Of a DNA stretch of 64,000 bases, positions 10,514 through 21,028 are shown piece after piece. Numbering within the stretch: the stretch's first letter is position 1; the number at the start of each line of letters is the position of its first letter. Both the position numbers and the translations under genes were made by a program. This DNA is from Savitreella phatthalungensis (lineage: Eukaryota): NCBI GenBank assembly GCA_051599415.1, contig AP039692.1, forward strand, positions 186,001 through 250,000. The letters are read 5' to 3'. Under the pieces are notes generated by a model. That model was not told the DNA's origin. It ran no database searches and saw nothing but the letters and a program-made list of their open reading frames with translations.

Positions 10514-13063
10514 TCATCTCATCTCCAAAACTGCGAGCAATTTTTCACGATGCAAAGCGCAATCGGTGACCTTGTCTGCGACTTTCCGTGCATGCTGCTT
10601 CTCCCTGCGCGGTTGCCACTGCGAGTCGATGACTTCACGCCGGATGAGACGGCCTGATCCAACGACTACAAACGTGTCCGAAGGAAAAGCACTGGTGGAA
10701 AGCGCAATGCCTCGACGCTGTTTTGCGCGGAGCTTTCTGGTCGATGCAGTAAGCTCTGTGACATGAATTTGCTTGCCTGCTTGCGAAAGTGAGAGCTGGA
10801 GATCGAAATCGTTGAACACCTTTACGAGGGATTGCTTGAGTCCCGCAAGAGGCGTCCCACTTGGCATCCGCCGCAGGAGGTCGACAGGATCAATAGACTG
10901 TGTAGCTTGCTCAAGCAGACCACGAATGAAGGCTGGCTTATCTAGCGAGTATGCGATAAGATCCTCCCAGAGCTCTTCGTCGTTCTGCGCCAGGGCGAAG
11001 TTGATCGCTTGAGTAACATCTTGGAGCTTCTGAATGATGAGATGAAGAGCACGTTTATTGTTGCCTGTTTTGCCAAGCAGAAAGATGAGCTCGGGAATGT
11101 AGTCTCGAGTCTCGCAGATTTCAATCGCTTGTTGCAGAGGAAAGCCTGCGCTGCTGTGGACCAATTCGCTGAACTTGTCGCGATCATACTCCGCGAAAAG
11201 CGACAACTGCAGGTCGAGATACGGCTCGACGGCGGTGGGAGCACGCTCGGCAGCATCACGCAGATAGCAGAAGAGCAACCGATCATGCGAACCAAGCTGT
11301 GAGACAACCTTTGCAGGAGGAATAGCGCCAGCATTGAGGACAAGCATTTCAATTGCTTGCGCATTGACATAGTCCCACGGATCATCGCTTGAGATATCTT
11401 CAGCCACGCCAAGTTGCACGATGCGTAAGATGTCGTCCTGGACCGCGTCGAAGAAATTGTAACGTTGGACGAGCTCGAACGCCTCTGGTCGACCTAGCTG
11501 AAGGTACTGTGTGAATGCCTTGCGTGGCTCCTCGGCTTTGACATAGAGCTCAGCGAGAGCCTGGCGCACGGTACCGACGTCGCACGTGCTTAGACTGTTC
11601 AGGATCGCACGCTCAATCGCAGATTCGTCGTATACTTCGATCGGCCAGGTTCTGATCAGATCGAGTAGCGATTCTGGCTGCGAACGAACGTAGCTGCCAA
11701 GCACCATGTCGTATATCATAGACCCGAGTCTTGGCGATTCTACAGGGATCCAAGGTGAGATGGCATCGAGATGTCCTTTCTCCGCATACGCGAAGATTTC
11801 CCTCTCCCACGCTTCGACTTCAAGACCGAAGACTTCTGGTGCAAGTTTGGCAGCTTCAACAAAGTCGTCCTGTTCTTTGAGATGCTGCATGTAGCGATCT
11901 GCGATTGCTCGGGCGGAGAGCTCGCCTGAGAGATCCTCAAGCTTTGCCGCTTCTAGAGCGTCTTCATATCGCTCGACATCTGCGAGCCACTGAATGTGAT
12001 CAGCAGCTGTCCGTGACTCTGCTATGACCACGTCTTTCGGACTCATGATGTAGACAACGGAAGAAGAGGTTCCAGGCCGTGTGGCTAAGTCGTAGTCGTT
12101 GGCTCCAAGACGACCGTAGCCAGCGAGACCGAGTGCATCCTCGGAAATGATCTCAAGCTTGTCGTTGACGATATAGATTTCTGGCCGCTCCGCATCGGTT
12201 CGACGAGGCGTCTCTCGATCCTGAGTGATGTAGCACATGACTAGTAATCCATCGTGGAACCGGGCGAGTCCTGCGACGATGTTGTCGAGATGGAGTGCGA
12301 TCTCGTAGTCGAGGGTGAGAATCTTGCCAACCCCTTCGTGAATCGAAACCTTAAGAAGCTGGTCGAACCAGCCGATGAGCAAAGTCTCATCAGTCTGCCA
12401 AAGTAATCTGCAGCGGAAAAGATCTGGCCGTGGTGCATTCGGAGGCACGGGAACAATACCAATGTCGCGCATGTTGAGTGTATCGTAGAGACGAACGCCT
12501 TTGTCATTCGACCATGCCACCAGGTTGCCACGCCATGCTGAGGCCATGATCGGTCCTTGTCGGTTGCCAATTACAGTCTCACGCTGACCAGTCCATCCTT
12601 TCTCGACAAGGACCATCTTCTCAGAAAGACCACCGGCGACGAAGCGAGCCTTACCGTTGTTCTTGTATTCTGGGTCTATTGCAACGGTCTGTAGAGGTCG
12701 ACCAAACGGATAGGTGGTCGCTTGATTTGTGGCAAGATTTGTGACCACGACATTGCCATCAATGCCTGCTGTAGCAGAGATGGTGCCTGTGCTATCTAGG
12801 GAGACGGCTGCAATGGCAGCCTTGTGAATTCGGAGGCGTTTACGTGCGGTGCCATCGGCATCAAGGACGTAAAGGACGCCGCTGTGTGTGCCAAGCAAGA
12901 TAGTCTGCTCATCAAGAGCGATAGAGCTCACGGAGTCACGTGCTAGCAGTGTTGGCAGTTCTCCTTTGAGCTTGCTGTACTTGAGAATGGGCTCTTCAAC
13001 TGATGCATCGGAAGTAGCATCTGAAGTATTCACCGACCGTGAATGGCTGCGTGAACGCGACAT
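10514..13063 (-). CDS. VPS41: HOPS subunit Vps41
   Basis: EPILKY start motif, WD40 propeller (LGTHSG, SPKDVVIA, DHIQWL) and clathrin-repeat region (ELIFLLGKTGNNKRAL, LWEDLIAYSLDKPAFIRGLLE). Confidence 0.96.
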   Translation of the reverse strand: MSRSRSHSRSVNTSDATSDASVEEPILKYSKLKGELPTLLARDSVSSIALDEQTILLGTHSGVLYVLDADGTARKRLRIHKAAIAAVSLDSTGTISATAGIDGNVVVTNLATNQATTYPFGRPLQTVAIDPEYKNNGKARFVAGGLSEKMVLVEKGWTGQRETVIGNRQGPIMASAWRGNLVAWSNDKGVRLYDTLNMRDIGIVPVPPNAPRPDLFRCRLLWQTDETLLIGWFDQLLKVSIHEGVGKILTLDYEIALHLDNIVAGLARFHDGLLVMCYITQDRETPRRTDAERPEIYIVNDKLEIISEDALGLAGYGRLGANDYDLATRPGTSSSVVYIMSPKDVVIAESRTAADHIQWLADVERYEDALEAAKLEDLSGELSARAIADRYMQHLKEQDDFVEAAKLAPEVFGLEVEAWEREIFAYAEKGHLDAISPWIPVESPRLGSMIYDMVLGSYVRSQPESLLDLIRTWPIEVYDESAIERAILNSLSTCDVGTVRQALAELYVKAEEPRKAFTQYLQLGRPEAFELVQRYNFFDAVQDDILRIVQLGVAEDISSDDPWDYVNAQAIEMLVLNAGAIPPAKVVSQLGSHDRLLFCYLRDAAERAPTAVEPYLDLQLSLFAEYDRDKFSELVHSSAGFPLQQAIEICETRDYIPELIFLLGKTGNNKRALHLIIQKLQDVTQAINFALAQNDEELWEDLIAYSLDKPAFIRGLLEQATQSIDPVDLLRRMPSGTPLAGLKQSLVKVFNDFDLQLSLSQAGKQIHVTELTASTRKLRAKQRRGIALSTSAFPSDTFVVVGSGRLIRREVIDSQWQPRREKQHARKVADKVTDCALHREKLLAVLEMR

Positions 13064-14101
13064 TGACAGTGGCTAGCTAGATGACTATCATCAGTGCTTG
13101 GATGCGCGCCGAGCATGAAATGGAGCAAGTCGAAACTGCACGTGAGGACTCGAGAGAACAAGTAGTGCAAGAGCCTCGTCAATGCATCATGGAGGTAGTA
13201 GCTCCAACTGGGTGAATTGACGCGTCTAGTCAATTTTGTCAAACGACAGGTCAGCGGGAGGTCGAGCACGCAATATGAATCGAACAGTGAGTATGAGAGA
13301 AGGACTGAGATGGGCTGTAAGTGTATAGTTATGATGCTGTAGTCTGCATGGCCGTGGTGCATTCCTATGGAGCTCGGGGAGGGTGTTAGATTGATCGAGC
13401 ACGTGTATATCTGGCCGATCAATATTTGTTGAACACACGTGATGGATAAAGTGCCTCGACTAGCTGAATTGTATTTACCCCATTGATCCAATGCCCGCCG
13501 CGTCCGCAGAGAAAAATGTTATTCTCGGCCGTAACACCGAAGGATTTGTGCATATCGAAGGTCATCAAGATGATTCAATTATGATGATCTCGCTCGGCTG
13601 AATTTTGATGGTTGAAGTTTGATCGCCTAATTCTGCAAATACATGAACTTGATATGCTTAATTAAGTTTCATTTCAAAATACTTGACTCGATCAATCCAG
13701 CTCTCTTTCCTGCAGGACGATGATTTGATCCTTTTTTCCTTGTTTAAAAAAGTCTGCTCCCATGGAGTGATCGTGTGCAGGTCGGTCTTTCCTTCTTTTC
13801 TTCCTCCTATCTGTCTTTCTTTCTTTCACTTGTTCTTTCACTCTTTTGTATGTCTAATTGCAGTACAGCATCTTCCTGTTTATCAAAAGGCGTCCAGCGC
13901 TGAGTAGAACGAGTCTGTGCGTACGATACAAGGAGAGTCATCTCTCATACCCACCTGATCTTCTATCAGTCGCTCTACCATCACGTCATCTAGAGCGACT
14001 AGAACGAAAGAGTCACACGCTCAACTTCGGCTCCTTTCCGACACAAATCGTCCTTGAGAGACCCACCGGCGCGTGCCGCTTTTGCTGGGCTACATTCATC
14101 C

Positions 14102-14302
14102 ATGGCAGATCCAAAGTCAAGTCCTGTTCAGACACCAGGTGCAGAGGAGACCCCCGCAAGAACTCAGCACGATGTACCAAAAGAGCTGCCGTCCAAATAC
14201 GTCAATTCTCACAACCTTCACAGCTTAGAGCTTCCTAAAGAGGTCAACGACAAAGTCAACGCTGCAAGAGAGCGGGAGCATCTCACACGCAAGGACACAT
14301 GA
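14102..14302 (+). CDS. Candidate 66-aa small protein of unknown function
   Basis: ATG ORF MADPKSSPVQ...LTRKDT in a gap between Vps41 and uL13m. The preceding ~250 nt lack ATG. No homology recognised. Confidence 0.45.
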   Translation: MADPKSSPVQTPGAEETPARTQHDVPKELPSKYVNSHNLHSLELPKEVNDKVNAAREREHLTRKDT

Positions 14303-14618
14303 TCTCCTTTTGGACAAAACCACTTGCTCCTCCTTTTCACTTTCTCCAATCTGTATTCATAACATGACCACACGTACACACACCACTATAGACTTAGACA
14401 CGTCCCCTTTTTCATCCTGCAGCACAGATACATGCAGGTGCACATGCACTTGACCTATACTACCTAGATGAATCCTAATCTCACCGTACTAATACACAGT
14501 TCACAATAAGACCTGCCACCTGTGGAACCCCTCAATCTTCTGATTAGCTCTGTAAGAATCATGAACAGTCGTGCTGTACAAAAGAGGTATGGTATGAGCA
14601 GCCATGTTGTCATCTCAA

Positions 14619-15196
14619 TCACGATAAGACCTTCGTGGTTTGCGAAGAGACCGATTTGACCTCTCTAGCCTTTCCGGACGCTGTCTCGTCGAGTTTCAAC
14701 CTATCGAACCGCCTGACGATATTGTCGATATACGGGTGATCCTCTCCCTCGAATGTCTTGAGCCTTGCGAGTCTCGGTTTCCTCAGCCTGTTTTTCGGAA
14801 GCATCGTCGACACCGCCCTCCTCAGTACCTCTCCGCCGCCCTGCTGCTGCATCAACTTCCGCATCGAGATCGTCTTGAGGTGTCCTGGCTTTGTCGAGTG
14901 GCTGTAGTACATGTGCTGGTCGAGTTTCCTGCCGGTGACTGCAAAGTCGCTGCAGTTCTTCGCGACCACGTAGTCGCCGCAGTCGACCATCGGGTGAAAG
15001 ATCGGCTTGTGCTTCCCCATCAGCGTCTTCGCAATCGACGTCGCCAATCGACCTAGAATCCGATCGCGCACATCCACCTCATGCCTGTCATCACCATCGT
15101 GTCAGTCACATTGCTACCCCCATCCAACAGAGACCTGTATGTCACATACCATAAGCGCGTGTACGCAGAACGCGTACTGCCGATTCGTACCGACAT
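14619..15196 (-). CDS. MRPL23: Mitochondrial ribosomal protein uL13m; exons 15196-15150 and 15084-14619
   Basis: LGRLA...LMGKHKP, DCGDYVV, MLPKNRLR. The 65-nt intron 15085-15149 (GTATGT...ACTGAC...CAG) restores MSVRIGSTRSAYTRLWHEVDV. Confidence 0.95.
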
Positions 15197-15343
15197 CCTG
15201 AGCTTCGATGATCGAGTACCCTCTCGTTTGTCTTTTCTTGGAGCTTGTCTTTATGCTCGATACGTACAGTAGGCTGGTAAAAATGTTTTGCACTGCCGTG
15301 CATCCATCATGTCCCATGCACGGACGTAACGTCGATTAATCAT

Positions 15344-16906
15344 ATGCATCGATGCACGAAATCAAAATCACCTTCCACACACCCGGCCTACACCTACACC
15401 ACGTCGATGTCCGCACCTGCGGAAGTAGGACGTCCGGCTTGCGTTGCTGTTGGCGAGCGGGTGTCTGTGGGTAGTGCTCGTGGGACTGTCGGGTACGTTG
15501 GGCCTCTGCCGCCTGGCGGAGGGGACGGTGGTGGTGTGTGGGTTGGGGTTGCGTGGGATGAGGCGAGTCGTGGTAAGCATTCTGGGACGTTTGATGGGGT
15601 GAGCGTGTTCGAGGTCGATGTTCCTGGAAGCGCATCGTTTATCAAGCTCGATAAGCTCAACGCTCGGAAGGATCCCACCACCACACTCCTCGAAGCAGTT
15701 ATTTCCAAGTACACTAATCGAGACCTACAAAACACCACCAAATCCAGCCAGGTCGAAGTCCCAGGCATCTCTAGGACAGTCGAAGTTGTCGGATTTGCGA
15801 GGATGCAGGATCAATACTATGGCGATCTGGGCAGGCTGCGGGTTGTGTCGGTGGACGGTTGGCGGGTTGTGGGTGTTGGTGACGTGGAGGAAGTTAGGGA
15901 GAGGCTGCCTAGGTGCGAGGAGCTCGACCTTGGCAGCAATTTGATCACTGACGCGGATGAGCTTGTCGCGCTGCTTGTCGCCATGCCGAATTTGACATCG
16001 CTTAAGCTGAACGGTAATCGGCTACACGGGCTTACGAAAACACAAGCACGGTCACGTGGCATGCAGGAGCTCGGACTTGCAGCTACGGGAGTGTCTTTCC
16101 TGGAAGCAGAAAAATTCGTCCAGGCTGCTGGCGGTGTACGAACCCTCGACTTGAGTGAGAATCGACTGGCTACCGACGGGCTTCAACGAGTGCAGGTTCG
16201 TGGTGTGACCGATGTGATCTTACGGCATAATCACTTGACGGATCTCGCGGCAGTGCTTTATGCGTTTCTGGATGCTCAACGGATCGATCTCACAGGCAAC
16301 TTGCTGAGCACACTCTCCGTTTCTGAGGACAATACGGTGCTACAAGGACTCGTTTTGTCTAGTAATGACGAACTGCCATTGCCGTTGACGGTGGAGTCTG
16401 TGGCCGAGCTCAAGAAGCTTTTGAGTCTCGTGTCTCTGCAGCTGCCGATGTGCGGCAAGCAGGAGGTCGACGATGCATCTCGCGCCAACGTCCTCGCAGC
16501 ACTGCCGCAACTGCAGGTGATCAATCGATCTCGTGTGACGTCACAGGAGCGGGACGATGCTCGTGTCATGTTGGACCGACATAAAGCCGGATTGAACGAG
16601 CGGCGTCTGGAGGCGGGATCCGGGATAGCGAGTAACATGGTGTGCTTGCAGCTTGTCATCCAAAGAGCCTCGGGTGCTCCGCCGGCAACATGCCACACGA
16701 AGCGTGTCCTGAGGACTAGCACCGTACGTCAACTGAAGTCGACGTGTGCGCGGCTTGCAGGTGGCGCTCAAGCAGCCAGTATGACGTTGCACTACCGCGA
16801 AGGAGAGTCTGATATCTGGCTCGAGCTCGATGATGATGTTGCACAGTTGAAGCTCTGGGATATTAGCGATGGCGGCACGGTGCGTGTGCTGCTTGGCGAT
16901 CACTAA
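15344..16906 (+). CDS. PAC2: Tubulin-folding cofactor E (CAP-Gly, LRR, ubiquitin-like)
   Basis: CAP-Gly GTVGYVG...WVGVAWD...GKHSG, LRRs (LDLGSNLI, LKLNGNRL, LDLSENRL) and C-terminal UBL. The start may instead be the ATG at 15407. Confidence 0.92.
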   Translation: MHRCTKSKSPSTHPAYTYTTSMSAPAEVGRPACVAVGERVSVGSARGTVGYVGPLPPGGGDGGGVWVGVAWDEASRGKHSGTFDGVSVFEVDVPGSASFIKLDKLNARKDPTTTLLEAVISKYTNRDLQNTTKSSQVEVPGISRTVEVVGFARMQDQYYGDLGRLRVVSVDGWRVVGVGDVEEVRERLPRCEELDLGSNLITDADELVALLVAMPNLTSLKLNGNRLHGLTKTQARSRGMQELGLAATGVSFLEAEKFVQAAGGVRTLDLSENRLATDGLQRVQVRGVTDVILRHNHLTDLAAVLYAFLDAQRIDLTGNLLSTLSVSEDNTVLQGLVLSSNDELPLPLTVESVAELKKLLSLVSLQLPMCGKQEVDDASRANVLAALPQLQVINRSRVTSQERDDARVMLDRHKAGLNERRLEAGSGIASNMVCLQLVIQRASGAPPATCHTKRVLRTSTVRQLKSTCARLAGGAQAASMTLHYREGESDIWLELDDDVAQLKLWDISDGGTVRVLLGDH

Positions 16907-16987
16907 AGTTGATCACCCTTGATGTTGATGATGACGATCATGGCTGAGGCGTGTATGGTTGTGGGCCAGTGGTGATCCTCGACTGAC

Positions 16988-17270
16988 TCATTTGCGTGGT
17001 TGTCCGAGATCCATCACGCTGGTGTAGGTGTTTTCCTCGAGCAGGGACTCAAGCTCTTTGCGGAGGTATTCAAGCTGACCACGGGTGACGAGAATTCTAT
17101 AGTCGTCAAGATCTTCCAGGAGGATGGAGTGATTTGCTTGCTCGTCCAGCTTGAGAATGAGTTGCTTCACTGTCGGATCACTGGGACGGTCAGTTTGTGC
17201 GCACTGGTAGCAGCAGCCTAATAAGGCAGACGAACCATTCAATCAGGACGCCAGCTTGAGCGCGCGGCAT
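16988..17270 (-). CDS. TFB5: TFIIH subunit Tfb5/p8; exons 17270-17236 and 17180-16988
   Basis: The 55-nt intron 17181-17235 (GTTCGT...ACTGAC...CAG) yields MPRAQAGVLIECDPTVKQLIL...ILLEDLDD...LEENTY. Confidence 0.93.
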
Positions 17271-18610
17271 GGTTGGAGAGTTTTGAGACCTTGCACGCGC
17301 CTCCTGAGCACTCGCAGGTTGTCTTTGGAAGTCGTCAATTACGTCGAAGTCAAGATGCGTGCATCGTGGATAGATGAATCGAGTAGATGAATCGTAGGTA
17401 TGGATGGATGCACAAGAATTGTCCAGGCTAATTCGCGCCCTCACGCAGGCGCCATTGAAATTTGGGTTAAAACTCGAAGTGCCTGGCTATTCTCGAGCTA
17501 TCCAGATCAGATCATAGCTACACGCATCTGTTCTTTCAAGAGTTCCGGCTTCCAGCAACGGCACTAATGCACCTGAATCATATTGACACGGCGATTGAAT
17601 TACAGCCACAGCGGAACTCGGACGTTTCGGCGAGTCATGTTGGCCGAAGAACCATCGCATTCTCTGGTGGACAAAGTCTTTGCAGGACAGGCTACATGAC
17701 TTGTTGACATTCGATTATTGCACCATGGCGTGAATCATTCTTTCCAGATGCTTATGCGCAGAGGAGACAAGAGACTTCCATGCTTGCCGAATTGTGCTCT
17801 GATATCTTCGGACTTTCACCTTGTTGGTAGTAGCATGGACGTGGAGTAACGTGACACCGTCTGACTGGTCTCTGCAGAGATTGGTTTACGCTGACGAATA
17901 GCAATCTGATGCGATCGACTGCTGCCTTTGTGGTCCGTTTCTGAGCTCGTTCTAGATTGGGATTAACCTTGCATGCGGCTGAGCGGCCCGCAAATCAACC
18001 ATTTTTCTTAGAGATAGTCAACGAGGAAGAAACTGTCGATGAGCACGTTTTATTTTCATTCTCATTTTCCAAAACTATCCAAAACCAGCTAGGATAGTTC
18101 TGATGACTGAGAATCATATGTGGTGCAGAACAAAATCTACCGACCACCAACAGTTTCATCTTTCAAAAGTCTAAAATATACTCAGTCAATTCTGTTCACC
18201 TCGGCTGTTCGAGTTGAAGCTGCATTAAACTACCTGCTGCAGATTCAACTATCTATCAGTTCACTTCACTACGCATCATCTTCCGACCATTCGATCGGCT
18301 GAGAAATCAATGTGCTTGAGCACGCACAGGTCTAAGGCATACCAGAGTCAATCAGAATTCACCAACCAGGCTACTCTCACTTCATTCGTCTGACAGGTTC
18401 TCCCTAATTCACCATTCATACCCTTTCTCCATCTCGACATATGAAGTAACTTTCCGAATGTACGAGCGAGGAAGCGCCTACGCAGGCGTGTACGAGTCCT
18501 TTTCGTACTGCTTGTAAAACTCGCTCTCCGTCTGCACGCGCATTCACTCGCTAGATCTCAGACGACATCTATAACAGAGTTGATCTGCTTTGTGCTCCAC
18601 TCTACTCGAT

Positions 18611-18664
18611 CAGACACAGACACAGACACAGACACAGAAACAGACACAGACACAGACACAGACA
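18611..18664. repeat. (CAGACA)9 hexanucleotide microsatellite
   Basis: Nine units, one of them CAGAAA. Confidence 0.95.
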
Positions 18665-18913
18665 CGTCCCAGGCTGCGCGCACCTCTAGATCATACATTA
18701 CCACTCTGTAACACTCGCATCACTTGTGTCAAATGCCAGCTATCACTTCCAAACTCAATCGCTGAGCTGCATCTGACACTCAAACAAGCACGCCGTCAGA
18801 TATTCGAGCCTCTCAGATCCTTCGGATCTGACGTGGTGTGCGTCAGCTAAAAGCTCGTAGGATCTCATTGCACACCAGCAAATCAAGAAAAGCCCGCGCT
18901 CGAGGACACGGCT

Positions 18914-19960
18914 ATGGACGCTTCGGCGCTAGAGAGTCTGCTGCGGCAGCCGCAGCCGACCTACGTGCGCGTGGTGACGACGACCATGATTCTGACGGGT
19001 TCATCAGGATCACAGCGTATCAGTGTCGTGACGACAGTCCCTGCTAACGCCACATCCTTGGGCACGACATCGAATGTGCGAGCGAGCGCGACAGCCAATC
19101 GAACGCTAGCGACATCTGCGCGCGTCAGTAGAAGCAGCGCAAGTCTGTCGAGCATGTCAGCCACGCCAGCAACAGATCCATTCGTGGAGTTACCCACAGC
19201 TACGCCGACGAGCTCGCCTACTGACGATGCAGCACCATCACCGACACCGTCAGACATCAGTTTCGATACCGACAACGACGCTGCCGCATCCACGCGAGCT
19301 CTAGGGTTCTTTGCTTTCTTCGTGTTGGGATTCATTGCTGCAGGGATGATTGCGTGGTTCTTCCTCAAACGGAGGAAGCGGCGCTCGAAGCATTTGCAAC
19401 GCCAACGAGGAACGACAGCCTTGCGACGCGATGTCGAGCTGGGCAGATGGCGCGTCGCTTCACTCTGGAGGACACGCACGAGTGGTGCTGCCAGTAACAA
19501 TACCTTGTCTGATCCCGTGCCAGAATACGAGGGAAAGTTGCCAACGTACGGGGAGCAAGAGGTGCCTCTAGAGGACTTTGCTGGGTCCTCATCAGTCGTC
19601 GAAGTCCACATCGATGGAATCAGGCGGTCAGGTTCACAGACACTGCACGATGCATCCGAGACGGCTACACGAACATCTGGAGCTGAAGACGAGGAGCATG
19701 GATATGACAGGAACGATGGAGCGTCTGAAACGATCTCCTATACAGCGACAATGGATGACGGTGGTATGACTGGTTCGTCTGCTGCATCGACTTATGGGGC
19801 ATGGCAGAGCAACAGCAGTACATCCGGGGACGAAGATCGTCTATCACGACAGGAGACTGCTGCATCATCGACGCCGAGCTTTGCAGCAGTGACAATGGCT
19901 CGACTACCTAGCGCGGCTGTGTCAAGGTCAAGTACACCTTTCAATCCCCGACCGCAATAA
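18914..19960 (+). CDS. Single-pass membrane protein with S/T-rich N-terminal region and PY-like cytosolic motifs
   Basis: TM ALGFFAFFVLGFIAAGMIAWFFL followed by KRRKRR. VPEY and LPTY in the tail. Confidence 0.75.
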   Translation: MDASALESLLRQPQPTYVRVVTTTMILTGSSGSQRISVVTTVPANATSLGTTSNVRASATANRTLATSARVSRSSASLSSMSATPATDPFVELPTATPTSSPTDDAAPSPTPSDISFDTDNDAAASTRALGFFAFFVLGFIAAGMIAWFFLKRRKRRSKHLQRQRGTTALRRDVELGRWRVASLWRTRTSGAASNNTLSDPVPEYEGKLPTYGEQEVPLEDFAGSSSVVEVHIDGIRRSGSQTLHDASETATRTSGAEDEEHGYDRNDGASETISYTATMDDGGMTGSSAASTYGAWQSNSSTSGDEDRLSRQETAASSTPSFAAVTMARLPSAAVSRSSTPFNPRPQ

Positions 19961-21028
19961 CGAAAATAAGAGGATGCGATGTCATCCCAACAGCTGGATC
20001 TAGTATTCCAGCTATGCCATGAAATCGACCTAAAGTTTTCTCTTACGCTTCCAATACTTCATAACGAGTTACAATCATAATTTACAATATTCTCCAAGAC
20101 GAATATCGAGTCGAGTGAGGCACGGGCATGAGCATCGAGTCGAGTATGAGCATGAGCGGAAGCAGGTACAAGGATTCAAGCTTCTCCGAAGGCTTACCGA
20201 CAACTTACATCCATGAATCGACGTGGCTTCGGCGTTTCCGCCAATCATCGTCATCAACAACTTTCTTCGGGAGTTTGAATAGACCGAGAATTGATCAATT
20301 GCAATTACGCACATCATGATCAATCAATGCATGAATTATGTGAGTGTAGCAGCCATTTGTAACAATTAATCTTGAACTCTTTAGAATTTCCAGACAGATA
20401 CCTTACAATTGATCAAGTGAGTAAGTATGAACGTACGGGAATATTCATATACAGGCTTGAGGATTGTCCTAATTCGTTCGCTGATCTGTAGAAGGTTTAT
20501 GCGGACAAATTTACCTTTACCTGGGAAGCTTAGAAGTAAACAGCTGAGCCAATTGCAGGTCAACCGTGAACAGGCAATCACCAAAGGAAAACAAGCGCGT
20601 TCAATAGGTCGTCTGCCAACAACATCTACCACTCTCATAACCTCAATCCCTCTGCTCTACTAGTCAGACGCTGCTGACAGGCCAGTGGCTACTCTCGAGG
20701 TCACAAAGGTAGATAGACAGACTTCAGCGAGTGACTAGGCACTATCACGCCCACCTCAATTGCACCCTTCAACGACGCAAGGTCTGCCAAGAGATACAGC
20801 CAAAAGTCATAGTAACGGACCTTCCTTGGCATCGGCAGGAGATCTCACAACTCCATCGTCCCATCATGCGTTCATAAGCTTGCTACAGCGACCACTGGTT
20901 TTAAGACTAGTCACGAGTACTGCACGACGATCACGCTTCTTTCTTACGCGAACGGGTTCGAAGCGTGAACTCAAGTCCGTCGAGTGAGTGGCTGTCGACT
21001 CTTCTAGGCGTGTATTCCTGGGTCAGTC

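Noticed and set aside
13581..13640. Possible C/D snoRNA (ATGATGA ... CTGA)
   Set aside because: No terminal D box at a suitable distance and no terminal stem.
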